Part shown: positions 1 through 12,700 of the stretch, one piece after another | Layout of the letters: every line of letters starts with the position of its first letter | How positions within the stretch are numbered: the stretch's first letter is position 1 | Notes under the pieces: generated by a model | The model's database searches: none | What the model saw: the letters and a program-made list of their open reading frames with translations, nothing else | Told to the model about the DNA's origin: nothing | DNA from: Rhizaria sp. SCN 62-66 | Lineage: Eukaryota | DNA: 46,498 nucleotides | NCBI GenBank assembly: GCA_001724265.1 | Contig: MEDY01000238.1 | Location: forward strand, 1 to 46,498 | Reading direction: 5' to 3' | Translations under genes and position numbers: made by a program

Positions 1-702
1 ACCGACGTCAGCAGCCTTGGTGTAGATACCGCCACCGACACGGCCGAAGAGGGCCATGGCGGAGCCACCGAGACCGTAGCCGGCAACGGCCTCGAAGAGG
101 AGGTGCGCCTGCTCGGAGCCGAGGACGGTCCACTCAGTGTAGTAAGCCGCGACGATGTTGATGAGGACGTAGAGGACAATGAGGCCGAGGCCGACAAGAC
201 CGTAGCCCATGACCATGCCGGCCTTGAAGGCGGTGTTGAAGGCAATCTCGTAGCCGTAGCGGGCGTTGATGGCAGTGCGAGAGTTGGCAGTGACAGCAAT
301 GCGCATGCCGATGAAGCCGGCAACAATGGAAGTGACGGCACCAAGGATGAACGAGAGAGCAGCGAAGCCGGCCATGGACCAAGACTTGGTGCCGAAACCG
401 AGGATGAGGAAAAGAGCAATGACGAAGAAGACGGCGAAGACGGCCATGTAGACATACTCCGCAAAGAGGAAGGCATCAGCGCCAGTGGCAATGAAACCAG
501 AGATGGACTTAATGCGCTCGTACATGTCAGCGGGCTCCTCATCGGAGCGGAGGCCGTCAGAGTTGACGAGGGACGAGTTGACGTTGTCCTGGGCAGGGGG
601 GGCAATGGGGATAGCCGCGATCTTCATAGCGTGGTAGAGGGCCACCGCGCACGAAATCGCGCAGGTGACGAGAATCACGACAGTTACGACGTAATCCTTC
701 AT
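1..702 (-). CDS. Vacuolar-type H+-translocating pyrophosphatase, N-terminal part (runs off the window start)
   Basis: Minus-strand frame is open from ATG at 702: MKDYVVTVVILVTCAISC...ATGADAFLFAEY...GFIGMRIAVTANSRTA...LFEAVAGYGLGGSAMALFGRVGGGIYTKAADVG. The last part is the H+-PPase signature. A TTGCAG acceptor-like site ending at 710 suggests an upstream intron, so the true start may lie further upstream. Confidence 0.96.
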   Translation of the reverse strand, partial: MKDYVVTVVILVTCAISCAVALYHAMKIAAIPIAPPAQDNVNSSLVNSDGLRSDEEPADMYERIKSISGFIATGADAFLFAEYVYMAVFAVFFVIALFLILGFGTKSWSMAGFAALSFILGAVTSIVAGFIGMRIAVTANSRTAINARYGYEIAFNTAFKAGMVMGYGLVGLGLIVLYVLINIVAAYYTEWTVLGSEQAHLLFEAVAGYGLGGSAMALFGRVGGGIYTKAADVG

Positions 703-3401
703 GTCAGGCCTGCAAAGCACAAGTAGAAAAGGAGCAAAAGAAAGACACAAGCAAAGAAACAAGAAATGAAAGGTGAGTCGGAGGAGACTTGAGTCGGGGG
801 CGCGGGAAAAGTCGGCTCAGTCGGCCGACGGAAAACCTCTTAAAGACATGCAAAACGTGGCTTGCAACGAATGATAGTTTTTGCAGAGAAAACACCACGA
901 CCTGAACAAACTCTTTTCGACCGATCATCTTCCAACAAGTTCTATGGAGAGAGAATGGATCCGTTTTGAAGCAGAGATCGGCGACGTGGACACCTCGGGC
1001 GGGGACGGATCCCCGCGCAGGCCATAGATTCAAAACGTGAAGACGTTGTTGCTCACAAACAAATAGAAATGAACAAATGCAACACTGACTAATCTCCTCA
1101 CAATGCAATATCGCCGACACGCAATGCTTGAGTTCACAATCGAGGAAAACGCCGGCGCGGTCATCTTCTCGCAGTGTAGGAAGCGACCCCTTAGTCCCGC
1201 GCTAAGGGGCCACAGTCACCTCGCTCGCACCGAGACGACCGCGGTCACCACACCGCGTGTGTCGAAACCAAGCACCTTATATATCAAACTTTGTGAACCA
1301 CATAAAGCGCTTTGATTTTAAAAAATGCTAATTGAAGACATAAAAAGATGTGAGTTTGTGATTATGCTTGTGATTCAACTTCGATCTCAAGATGTATCAT
1401 TGTATTCAACTTGATGGTGATGCAAGACCGACATCTCTGCCTTGCTTTGACATCGTATCACTCCGCACTTGCTCGAACTCACGATTGATGATGAAAAAAT
1501 GTTCGCCCATGCTGGCTCGCAGCATCTACATACACTGACCGGGTCAGTGAGTCCACTGCAGTATGTGCTGTGGAGAAACGTCATGTTTGCAAGAAGGCCT
1601 ACCAACACACCTGTGGGCAGTGATAGCAGTGACTGCTCTGGCCATTTCTTTATGTAAGCGCATCAATTGGATGGGGACATACGACTAAAGCTGGTAAAAA
1701 GAGCGCTTATGCGGGTTGGCTCGATGCCATCGTACATTTGGGCATGAAGCCGCTGCTCGTGTTCTGACTGGAGTAGTGACCACTTATGGTAGCTAAGTGA
1801 CAGGTCGGGGTGGCAGCAGCGGTGAAAATAACGGCGCCAACAAAAGCTCACAATACGGTCGCTTTGTGTCCGCGTTCCAGCAGTTGCCGTCCTGGTTGAT
1901 GATGAGCACACATTGACCCAATGAATGCTTGATTCTGCCGAGCGCATGATGTCAAGCTAACCTATATATAACAAGAAAAGGCATTCATATGCGAGAAAAC
2001 CCTAAGATGTTGACATAATGCTATGAAGTTAGAATAAAACATATCCAAGTGTCTTAAACATGAAAGCACTCTATGACTAGGATCGCGCTGCAATATACGA
2101 TGGATTATCATGCTACAGTCAAAAATGCTAGATATTTTGCTTCATATTGTCGGCATATCTCTTCAAGCTATTGCTTGCTGTCGCCCCTTAATAATAAACA
2201 GCAGTTTACATTGTATAATATAATGCTGGAAATAATAAAGGCTTCACTGGCAAAGATCTTAAGCTCAACTGAACAATAGTGAATAGTTAAATTGCGAAAA
2301 ACCTTCATTATTCCGACAGCATGCACATCTGTTAATACATCAATTATAACATTGGCGAAACCAAACTCGATTTGCTCATAACGATTTTTGATAGTATTAA
2401 AACATATTGCCGAAAGGTTTTATCAATTACTGCCTGTTCAACCCCACTTTCATAACATTAAGTGTTTTACACATCTCAGTTACACAGTGACGCTTAATCG
2501 CTTCTATAACACCTATAGCCATGAAATTTATGCCTGGACAAGTGGGAAAAACTAGTGTATTAAAAACATTTGTATTTTCTTAAATATACAAATTGGATAA
2601 TTGACATAAGCAACTCTTACCCCGTGCTATATACCTAAAAATAGATACAAGTGATTAGTCATTCCGTACACATTCCCAAAGCGTAATAGAAGGGTATTTT
2701 TGGTTAAGCACTTACGATCTTAACATGATGGCAACGTGTAACATACCTTAGCTGGATTAAATGTAAGTAAAGTTTTATACAGTCAAATATCAAGAGGAAA
2801 TAAGACATAAAAATAGCATCTTCAATCGAGTAACTAAAGTTGACAAGCTTTTAGGGCGCAACATTTAAAGGAGCGATCGCATGTTTGTTGAGTAACATTG
2901 TGAGTGAATAAAAATGTGCTAAATAATGCAACATAGTGATGTTGCCTTGTCTCTCGAATGTTCACGTTGTGTATGCGCTACTTCTTATACTGTTAACAAG
3001 TCTTGCTGATACGTATGCAAAGCTGGATCCTCGAAGGACTATATAAAACGTGTATCGCATACTCTCACACAGATCGGTTGCTCTACAAATGTGTTAAAAC
3101 GCGGATAATGTTTTATAAATAAAATCGTCGTGTGTTTCTGTATTAAGACAGCCCAATAGCGTCTTTAATGACATGTGTCAGACACGATAACAAAATTCAT
3201 GCACTTTCATATATAACAAAAACAAAACTGCGCTAAATTGATATATCACAAGCAATTGCTATAATAATATATTGACACAAAAATGTTAGCACTATTTACT
3301 GGGACTATACTGAGATAATCAGGAAATAAGGTTTGAAGAACAAAATGTATTATATTTAAAATTTTCCACTTTTGCACATCGTTCAGTCCAGAACAAAATA
3401 A

Positions 3402-3474
3402 GTCTACGTAGCCCAATGGTTAAGGTGTCTGCCTACGAAGCAGGAGATTGTGGGTTCGATCCCCACCGCGGACT
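3402..3474 (+). tRNA. tRNA-Arg(ACG), isodecoder A
   Basis: Cloverleaf GTCTACG TA GCCC AATGGTTA AGGT G TCTGC CT-ACG-AA GCAGG AGATT GTGGG TTCGATC CCCAC CGCGGAC T, followed by a T-run. Confidence 0.95.
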
Positions 3475-3530
3475 TTCTCTTTTTTTGCCTAATCCCGCGA
3501 TGCTCAACCGCCGCGGACGCTTTTATTTTT
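3474..3530 (+). terminator. Tandem Pol III T-run terminators after tRNA-Arg
   Basis: TTTCTCTTTTTTTGCC followed about 35 nt later by TTTTATTTTTGCC. The same pattern follows other tRNA genes in the window. Confidence 0.6.
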
Positions 3531-3790
3531 GCCAGTTCGAGCTACCACGCGGACCTATTTTGAACACGGGACGAGAACCAGCAACAGAAAACGCAACGCA
3601 AGATACAAATCACGATCACCGCTGGGTAACGTAGGTGAGCTTGCGACATGAATAAATAACAAACATGTGAATTGAAATAACGGTTCTTTATTAAATATAA
3701 GCAAGCTTTAAGATAGTATGCCGGGTTTTACGGTTCATAATGTGCTAGATAATGATGGGTGGGAATTCAGCGATGTCGTGACTGTCATCT

Positions 3791-6700
3791 TTACCGCCGC
3801 TGCTGCGCACGCGGATCGCCCTGTGGTCCAAACCCCGGTGGCTGTTGTTGCGCGGGTGGCGCATGCAGTTGACCCTGATGAAGTGGATATTGTTGTTGTT
3901 GATGCTGCTGCGGATACTGTTGGTACTGGCCTTGATTGTGGTTGGGACCTCCGTATCCTTGGCCCGAACCCGGCGGCCCATGCAGCGGTTGCGACTGTTG
4001 GTACTGATGATACTGCATCGTTGACGGCGCCTGGGGCGAGTGCGACTGCGCGCTTGGGTGCGGCTGGAACTGCAGAGGGCGAGACTGAGGCTGTAGATGT
4101 TGTGACTGTTGGTATGACACCAAATGCGCCTGAGGGTGATGTTGAGACTGGAGACGATACTGCTGTGCCTGCTGATACTGTTGGCCACTACTGTTGCTGT
4201 GAGGAACACTCGAACTACACCCACCCGGCGCCGAGTAACCCTGAGCACCGTATTGCTGCTGCTGTTGGTGGTAGCCTGCATGTTGATAACCCTGCTGTTG
4301 TCCTGCATGTTGTTGTTGGTGATGCTGTTGATGCTGCTGTGGAGGACGCTGCTCCTATCCCTGTTGCTGCGGCCATGGCTGATGTTGCGGTGGGTACTGT
4401 TGTTGTTGTGGTGAATACTGTTGCTGCTGCCGCAGCTGTTGCTGTTGCTGCGGATGCGGATGCTGCTGCTGCGGATGCTGCTGCTGCGGATGCGGATGTT
4501 GCTGCTGCTGATTAGGTGGTGGCTGTCCCTGTTGTTGCTGCGGTGGGAGTTGCGGGCGCTGCTGTTGCGGCTGCGGCGTCACATCAGCAGTGCCGTCACC
4601 GCTGTTACCTCCATTGCCCCCATCAGCATCAGCAGACGGCGGCGGTGGCGGCGGTGGTGAAGCCCGCCAGTGTAAAACAGTTGGCGCAACAATGGGCAGC
4701 GCAGAAGCCGGCGCCATTGGTAACGCTGCAACACTATCAACAGCAACAGACTGCGCAGAAGGCGCTGGTGCGGCTGTTGGAGCCGCAGACTGCGTTGTAG
4801 AAGTGACAGACGCAGCGGCAATGTCGCTAACAACTAAGGCAGGAGCGTTTACAGATGCTAAACCAACGGTCCCAGCATGGCTAGCCGCAGGGTTTGTCTG
4901 TTGTTGCTGCTGTTGCTGCTGTTGTTGCTGCTTCTCTTGTTGTTGCTTCTGTAGCGCCTTCTGCTGATCCTGCTGTTCCTGAATACGTTGTTGCACCTGC
5001 GCAATCTGCGCGCTCTGCTGCTGGCGCTGCGCCTGTTCCTGTTGCGCCTGCCAGTCGCGCTCGCTCTGCTTGCGGCGTCGCGCCTCTGCGAACGCAGCCT
5101 CAGTGCCAAGCGGCGCAACAACCGCGGCCACGTTCTCGATCGAGAGGCGCCGCGCGGTCGCCTGGGCAACGGCCTCGGCAGGCGACCAGCAGTGGCGGTA
5201 AAAGCCCCGCGCGACGGCGGAGGCGATGACGCCGCGCCACACGCTGTGCCCGTCGCGGGCGGCGCGCGCGCCGAGCAACTCGTGCTCCGGCGCCGGCTCC
5301 TGTGCGTCGCCAGTAGCTGCGTCGCTGTCATCAGTCATCTGGCTTGACTTGGCGGACACACTCTTTGCGTTGGCACTCGCTCTGTGAGTGCTCGTCGCGG
5401 TTGTGCCAGTGGTGAGCAGCGGCAACGCGAGCGCGGGAAGCGACGCGGCATCGACTGCGGGGCCCGCTGCTGTCGCGGCGCCGTGGCGACGGTGACGGCG
5501 CTGAGCCGCAGCCCCAGCCGCAGCCAATACGTCGTCTTCGTCAGCAGGGGTGACGTCACTGTCACCGGCGTCGTCGTCATCACTGTCATCTGCATTGACG
5601 CCATCAACCTCTTCTTCTTCGTCGTCATCAGCTGCGTCATCCTCATTGTCATCACCAGCGTGGCCCGCACCGCCTGCAGTGGCAGCCGCGTTAAAAAGCG
5701 TGAAAACGTCACATACAACAAAGCATCCCACACGCGCACGCGTCAACGCAACATTCACGCGCCGCCTGTCGGCCAAGAAACCAATGGGGAAAGTGACAGC
5801 GCGCTTGTGCGCCTGAGAGCCACTCTGACTGGATCCATGACTAAAAGCGCGACTATGAGCAGAGTTGTTGTCGTCTTCAGTCCCACCCTCGTTACCGTTA
5901 TGACTGTTAACGTCAACGACGTTTGTGCTTTTCGTGTCCGCGACAAGGGATACTTTGCCCCAGCCGGCCTTCGCATCCGCGGCAATAATACGGCCTGCAT
6001 TCGTGTTCCCGTCGTATTTGCCAGCGATTGATGACGGGGGACGGTACCAGGTCGACCCCAACAACAGTCGCAACAGCGATGGCGCGATGTTCCCAGGACC
6101 TGCGGCGATCGCAGCCATCAGCGCGGGCGCAAGTGCAAGCGCAGAGGCCAGTGGGAAGCACATCGGCGGCCGCACCAGCGTCGTCGAGTGTGCCAGCGCC
6201 GTCGCAAGGACCGCGGGCGGCAGGTGCGGAGGCGCGGCGGGCGGCGGCTGGCCCGAAAGCACGGACAACTGAGCAAGCGTGGCAGACGCAGCGGGCGCCA
6301 ACTCGCGCGCGGCCAGGTGTCGGGGCAGCGGACACGAGCGCACGCAGGAAAGGATCACGACGTCATTCTCCTGACCCTGCATACCGTCGACTGTGGACAC
6401 GTGTACGTCCAAAAAGCTGCCAGCAAAGGAGAAGAGCGCACCCTGCTGCACATAGCGTCCGGAACCACCGGCACCACCACTAGACTGTTGGTGATGCTGC
6501 TTCTGTGATTGTAGCTGTTGTTGCTGTTGCGCAAGGACAAGGTCAGGTACACCGTAGTGGAGATAAAAACAGTGCGGGCACCACGGGAACTCAACTGGCG
6601 CCGGTGCCGCAACGATTAGAGACGGCGGCGGCGGCGGCGGCGGAGCGCCGTGACTCTGAGAGTGACTGTGCGCGTGACTGTGAGGAGCAGGAGCAGATGT

Positions 6701-9700
6701 TGAAGGGAAAGCCGGAGGCGGGTGACATGGGCAGTCGCAAGTCTCGGGCTTCAGGTAAAATTGTCGGCGCAATCGATTGCGCTCCATGAGTGCAAACCGA
6801 TGTGCCTCGGTCAACAACTGCAGCAACACGCGGCGCTGATTCTGATAGAAAGTGACAATCGTGATCCTTGAGAGTCCGAGCGCAAAATAACGCCCCAGCG
6901 TATGCGCCAGCGCAAGCACGGCGCGCGCCTCGCGAAGGTTGCTCATCGACCGCAGAGACAGCGCGACAGCGGCCGCGGCGGATCGGCCACGTCCGCGCCC
7001 ACCGCCTGCAGCTGCAGCTGCGGCAGCGGCGGCGGCATCCTCGCTGTCATCCACACCGTCAAGTGTAAGATCTACTGCATCAGCGTCAACTTCAACGTCA
7101 GCGCCGCCGTTCTTGGAGAGAATCGCGGAGCGGAAGGCAGCGTCCACGGAATCACCGTCGCTCACGCGCATCTTGCTCGGGTCTAAGGGCGGATCCGAAT
7201 TTGCGTTATCGCTAACAGCAGCGGCAGCGCCTCGACCGTTCCAACCTCGAGCCGCAGCCTTCGCGGCGCGCTTAGCCGCCTTCTTATCCACGTCTGTCGC
7301 CACGTCCTCAGCGACGGAGTCGGAGACGGAACTTGAGGCACCGGCAGCAGCGGAAGCAAGCGCCGCGGGGAACTCGGCCCTGTCGCGCGGGTCCGTGAAA
7401 GGCACGTTGATGATTGTGAGGGGTGAGATATACCCGGTCAACAGCCGGCGTGACCGCGCCACATTGCCGGCAGCAGCGACGACTGCACTCGCGCCGCCTG
7501 CAATGTTAGCGCCGGCGTCTGCGCTGGCGGGCGCGGTAGGCGAAGCGAGTCCCGGTGCAAGGCCCAAACACGCCCCAATAGCACTGGTCGCCTGGCGCGC
7601 GTCGAGCGGCGCGATGAGGGTGCGGAACAAGTCCAGCGGCGGCAGGGTCGGGGCGGGCGCGCTCTGCGGCTGGGCCGGCTGATGGGCGTGAGGCGGAGGA
7701 CCGTGGGGGTGGTTGTTGCCGCTCTGATCCGGTTGTTGCTGTTGCTGTTGTTGCACAGATTGTTGTTGCGGTACGTGCGCACCGTGCTGAGCGTGCTGCG
7801 CCTTGTACTGTTGCTGTTGCTGCTGTCCTTGTTGAAGCAATGCTGACGTCGCGGGCGCGAACACGCGCAGCAACCCGCGCCAGATGTGCGGCGACGTTTG
7901 TGACACCTCACGGCACGCGTTCGGTACCGTCAACGCACCGCTCTGTCCGCGATTTGCACAGGCCTTAGACTGATGAACTGCGGCAAATGCAACTGCAGCG
8001 ACGGCGGCAACGCCTGTCATGCGGTCGGAAGCGTCAAGCGCAGCGCGCGCAGTGTCAGCGCCCGTTGTGACACGCCCAGCGTAAAAGGCACGCGAAGACA
8101 GCGACGCCACTACGGGGTCCATACGGTACTGCACAGTCAACATGCGACGCGGCGACAACTGGCGCGCCAGGAATAACATAAATGGAGGAGCTAACGACGA
8201 CGCCGGTGTGGTTGATGTCGCAGCAGCGCCAGGAGAGAGGAAACGGCGCGCAGCCAGCGCAAGGCGGCGTGGCGCAAAGGAAGTCGACAGTTGCGTCGAT
8301 ACTGACAGTGGGCACAGCGCGCAGTGCTCCTTCGCATCACGAACAACAAGTGCAGAGCTGAATTTACTGCTGGCGTTGTTGCCAGTGGCATCCTTCATAT
8401 TTTTGATATCGTCACTGCTCTTGTCGTCCGCTAAGGTTGCTGTGGCAACGGTGCGCTCAAGCGCGGACAACGCAGCATCCTGCAGCGCAACTGCGCGGGA
8501 CAGTGCAGCACCTGTTGCGAGCCCCGCAGCCGCAGCAGTTGACGCTGCCGAGAGCGCGCGCTGCAGACGCTCAAACAGAGACGTCTCAAACACTTGTGGC
8601 AGGCCGGTGGGCAGCAGCGAGGACGACGCGGGCAAGAACGAAGGCCAATAAGCAGGCAGCAGCGAGCGCGTAAAACTACTCGTGCTGCCCAAGCTGGATG
8701 TAGTACTGATGCTAGTGCTGACGCCGCTAACTGTTGCGCCAAGCGCTGCAGCAGTAGCCGCAGCGGCGGACGCAGCGGCAACAGCGGCAGCCGAAGCAGA
8801 TGCAGTCGCCGACGACTGCTTAACATCATCATCAGCGTCGACATCAATCGCGATCACAGATTCAGAGTCAGAATCGGAGTTAGAGTCCGAGTCCGAACTG
8901 GAAGAGTCAATCGTAATGATATTGATGTCGTTGTCGTCGTCATCGTTGTCACTGCTGCTGCTAACACTGCTGTCGCCGTCGCTGTCACTGTCACCAACAC
9001 TGCTGGTGTCGCTGCTACTGCTGCTACTGCTGCTGCAACTACTGCTGCTACCACTGCTGATGGTGAACGCCACGACGCCGCTGCCGTTCTCGCTGCGCGC
9101 GCGCGCCGCCTGTTCACGCACACGCTCGCGACGCTTGGCAGCAGCCGTCTCAGCTTCAGCGCGGCGCCGGCGCCTGCTTTCTTCCACTTCCGCAGCCTCT
9201 GCAGCCTCTGCGGCAACCGCGACTTCCGCGGCACGGGCCGCCGCAGCAGCAACAGCCGTAGCGGCTTCGATGCCGCGCACCACGATGGCGATCGCGGCCT
9301 CGATAGCGCCTTCGCCGCCCGACCGCGTCACGTGCACTGAGCTGCTACTGACTGTGCCTACAGTGGATACATCCCTATCCTTGTCCTTGACCTTATCACG
9401 GCTCTTGGACTCGTGACGCACACCTGCTGCGGCGGCAGCCGCAGTAACCGCAGCTGCAGCGCCTTCTGCGGCAGGATCATCCTGCAAGAATACCGTGGCG
9501 GGGAGCTGTTTGTGGTCGCCAACAAGCACGCAGTGCTGTGCAGCGCGCGCGAGCGCGACGAGGACCGTGAGCTCGGAGCACTGGCCAGCCTCATCAATGA
9601 TCACGTCGTCGAATACAAGAGGCGCGGGCCGCAGGCCGGCGTTCATTCTCAGGCCACCACCGCTGCCTGCGGCGGCGCCCGGTGCAGCGGCAACGGCGCC

Positions 9701-12700
9701 GATCGCGGGCGCGGGACGCGGGGAGAAGAGCGAAGGGAAACGGACCGAGACTGGAGCGCCGAATGCGTTGTATAGGTCACGCCCGCTAACAGCTGACTTT
9801 GCCGCAGACCCAGAAACAACACGGAAGGGATTCGCAGGGGCAAGCGCCAGCTCGGCGTCAACTTCGGCGCCGGCCGCAGCGAACTCTTTAGGCTCATAAT
9901 CGTCATCGGCGTCGACGTTGCACTCAATGTCGAAGGGCGAGGCCCAGTCTGACGACGGCCATTCATCGACTGAGAAGCCGTTCCACGAGTCGAACCCTGC
10001 GTCGGCCTGCGCGTCTGGACCACCGCTACCGCCGGGAGCGCCACCAGACCTGCTGCCAGCAGCTCCACCAGCAGCAGCGGCAGCGGCGGCGGCAGCGGCA
10101 GCGGGCGCGGCGGGCGCAGCGGCCCCAAGCGCGACAGCAGCCGAAGCAGCGCCAAGATGCGATGCCGCAGTGTTTGTGCGCGGCAGCTCGTCCGCACCAG
10201 AGCACGTGCAGAACACGATCGACGCCTCTTCCAGGATCGCGTCCTTGAGCACGCGCACACCGGGCGAATGCACAATCTGCGGGTTGCGCGAGAGCAGACT
10301 CTGTGCGTGCAAAGCTGCGTGCTGCTGTTGAGCATTCTGCTGCTGCGCCCGCTGAAGCTGCGCTGACTGCTGCGAATTCTGCCGTCCGCTATTGTTGTTG
10401 TACGCGTGAGTGACAGTGACGGGAAGTCCCAGCGACCGACACGCGCGGGGGTTGCCGCGCTCCACAGCGGCGTGCATTTCAAGCACAAGCGAGCACCGAC
10501 GCACTTCCTCGCGCAACGCATCGCGCCGCTCGGAGATGTCGACGAGCTTACCAACGACAACGGAAGCGGGCCGCGAGCGCAGTGTAAACGCCGGTGAAGC
10601 GAGCACTTCGGCAGCAGAGGCGACTGTGCCGCCCGCAAAGAGCGCGAGCGCTGACGGCGGCAGCGCAGACGCGGCTGTAACAGGCGGGATAATCGAAGAA
10701 GAGCTGCCAGACTCAACAGCGCCACGCGCGAGCGCGAGCTGCATGTAGGGTGGCAACGCACGGAGGAAAGAAATCGCGTCAGCAATGCACGTGACACGAC
10801 GGCCGAGCCCAGCGGGGGACCAGCGCAAATGCGGCGCAAGTGCAAAGAAGGCTTTGATGTGCTCAGAAGCGGTGCGCGTGATTTCGTTGTTGATGTTGCG
10901 CAGTTCGCGGTCAAACTCGTCCAGCGTGCGGCGCGCTTCGTCGACCGTCTGCCGCAGCTGCGCGGGCGTCTTGCGCAGGTACTCAGACACGCGAGTCACC
11001 ATCGCGATCTGCTCGCGCACAGCACCCTTGCGCAGCATACCCTGATTGTTGCCCAGACGCACAATCGACGGTGAGTAGGTCCTCAGTGCGCCGTCCAGCA
11101 ACAAGTCCACAGTCAGACGCTGCACAACTTCGTCGACGGCCGCGTTTGACGGCGCACACACCAGGATGCGCGGTTTGCGTCCAGCGGCGGGCGCCCAGGC
11201 CGAGCGCGCAGGCGGCGTTGGCGCGCGAGAAAGGTCGGCAGACTCGCGCCAGCGCTGCAGCGCGCCAGTGGAGACGGGCGCCTCGCTGAGCTCAAGTCCC
11301 AGTGCCGCGTAAAGCGTGAGCGCGTCGTTGTCGCTCACGTCGAGTCCAGCACCAAGCGCGCCGGGCGCTAGTCCAGACGCTGCAGCTGCGGCAGCTTCAG
11401 CGCGCGCCGCAGACGCAGTCGCGAGTGACCACTCGGGCGCAGCCGAAGTGTTCACGCGGCGCTGGACCCCAGCGCTGTTGTTGAGCTGGTTCGCAATCGC
11501 GGAAAGCGCGGAAGCCGTGTCAGAGCCAACGCCCGCAACGGTGCGCGCACGTGCGCTGGCGGCAGCTGCGGCTGAACTAGCCGTGGCGGCGGCAGCAGCA
11601 GAAGCCGCAGCGGACGCTGACGCGCGCGCGTTCTCAGCAAGCTTGACAAAGAAAGAACGAAGACGGCGCATCAGCACGCGCTGGCAAACGGCGCCAACGC
11701 GGACTTCGTATCCTGCAAGCGCACGGCCGAGGTGCAACGTGTTGAGCAGCGAGATAACGGTTTTGGTCTTGCCCGTGCCGGGCGGGCCTTGCAGCAACGT
11801 TACACCGCGCGAGAAGGACGACAGCGCCTCAAGTGCAGACGCACGCGCTCCCGGCGGCAGCAGCACGCGCGGCGGCGGCGCCAGTGCGGGTGGTAGCGAG
11901 CCCGGCGCTGGCAAAAGCGAGGACGCGGGACCGGGCACCTGCGTGCCAACAGCCGCGTGCAGCCTGGACAAGTATCCCTCAACACCGCTGTCCTTCTGCT
12001 CGTTCGACGACGATATGAATGATAATGGTGACGACTCAGACGATGACGACACAGCACTGCCACTGACAGCGCCAGATTGCGCGCTGTTAGCGTCAGCAAG
12101 CGGCCATGAGGGTGCTGAGCGGACGCGTTCAATTGTGTGCAGCACAGCGTCGATGGCGCGCAGCTGCGACGCGTTCAGGCGCTCTGCGAAGCGGAACTGC
12201 AGCGGCGCAGGCAGCCCCGCCCACAGCAACGACGGGGCGGGCAGCACGGACGCGGGCAGCGGCGTCGGCCGCAGCTGCACTGGAGGCTCCGCCGTCGCAC
12301 TCTGTGTCGTGGCTGCGGCGGCCGCAGCAGTTGCAACGGCTGGAACCCGGGCCGGAACAGGAGGGCGGTCACCGCAAAGACAAGCAAGAGTGCGTGAACT
12401 GGCGCTCTTGCTTCCTTGTTTCTTGCGAGCGCTCGCGTCAGCGGCGTTGTCTTTAGTCTCGTCGTCGTTCATATGAACATTAGTGTTCTTGGTGGTGGAA
12501 ATTACATCATCGTCGGTCATGGCAGCGCCGACATTACTGTTGATCTTGGTGTCGGTGTTCTCCTCAACCAGCGTCACGCGCGCTCCGCTACTGCTCCTGC
12601 CGCTGTCATTGGAAGTAAGAGTGTTCACAGTTGCGGGAGGAAGGCCACAGAGCGCACGCAGCACTGCTTGCGCGCCCGCAAGCGCAGCCACAGCACCAGC

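Noticed and set aside
1387-1947. Short ORFs upstream of the PPase as a gene or transposon relic
   Set aside because: No recognisable motif in the frames examined, even allowing TAG readthrough. No terminal repeats.
3426-3445. CTA in the tRNA-Arg anticodon loops as a possible amber suppressor
   Set aside because: The 5-bp stem and 7-nt loop CT-ACG-AA place ACG at positions 34-36. CTA occupies 32-34. No CUA-anticodon tRNA was found in the window.
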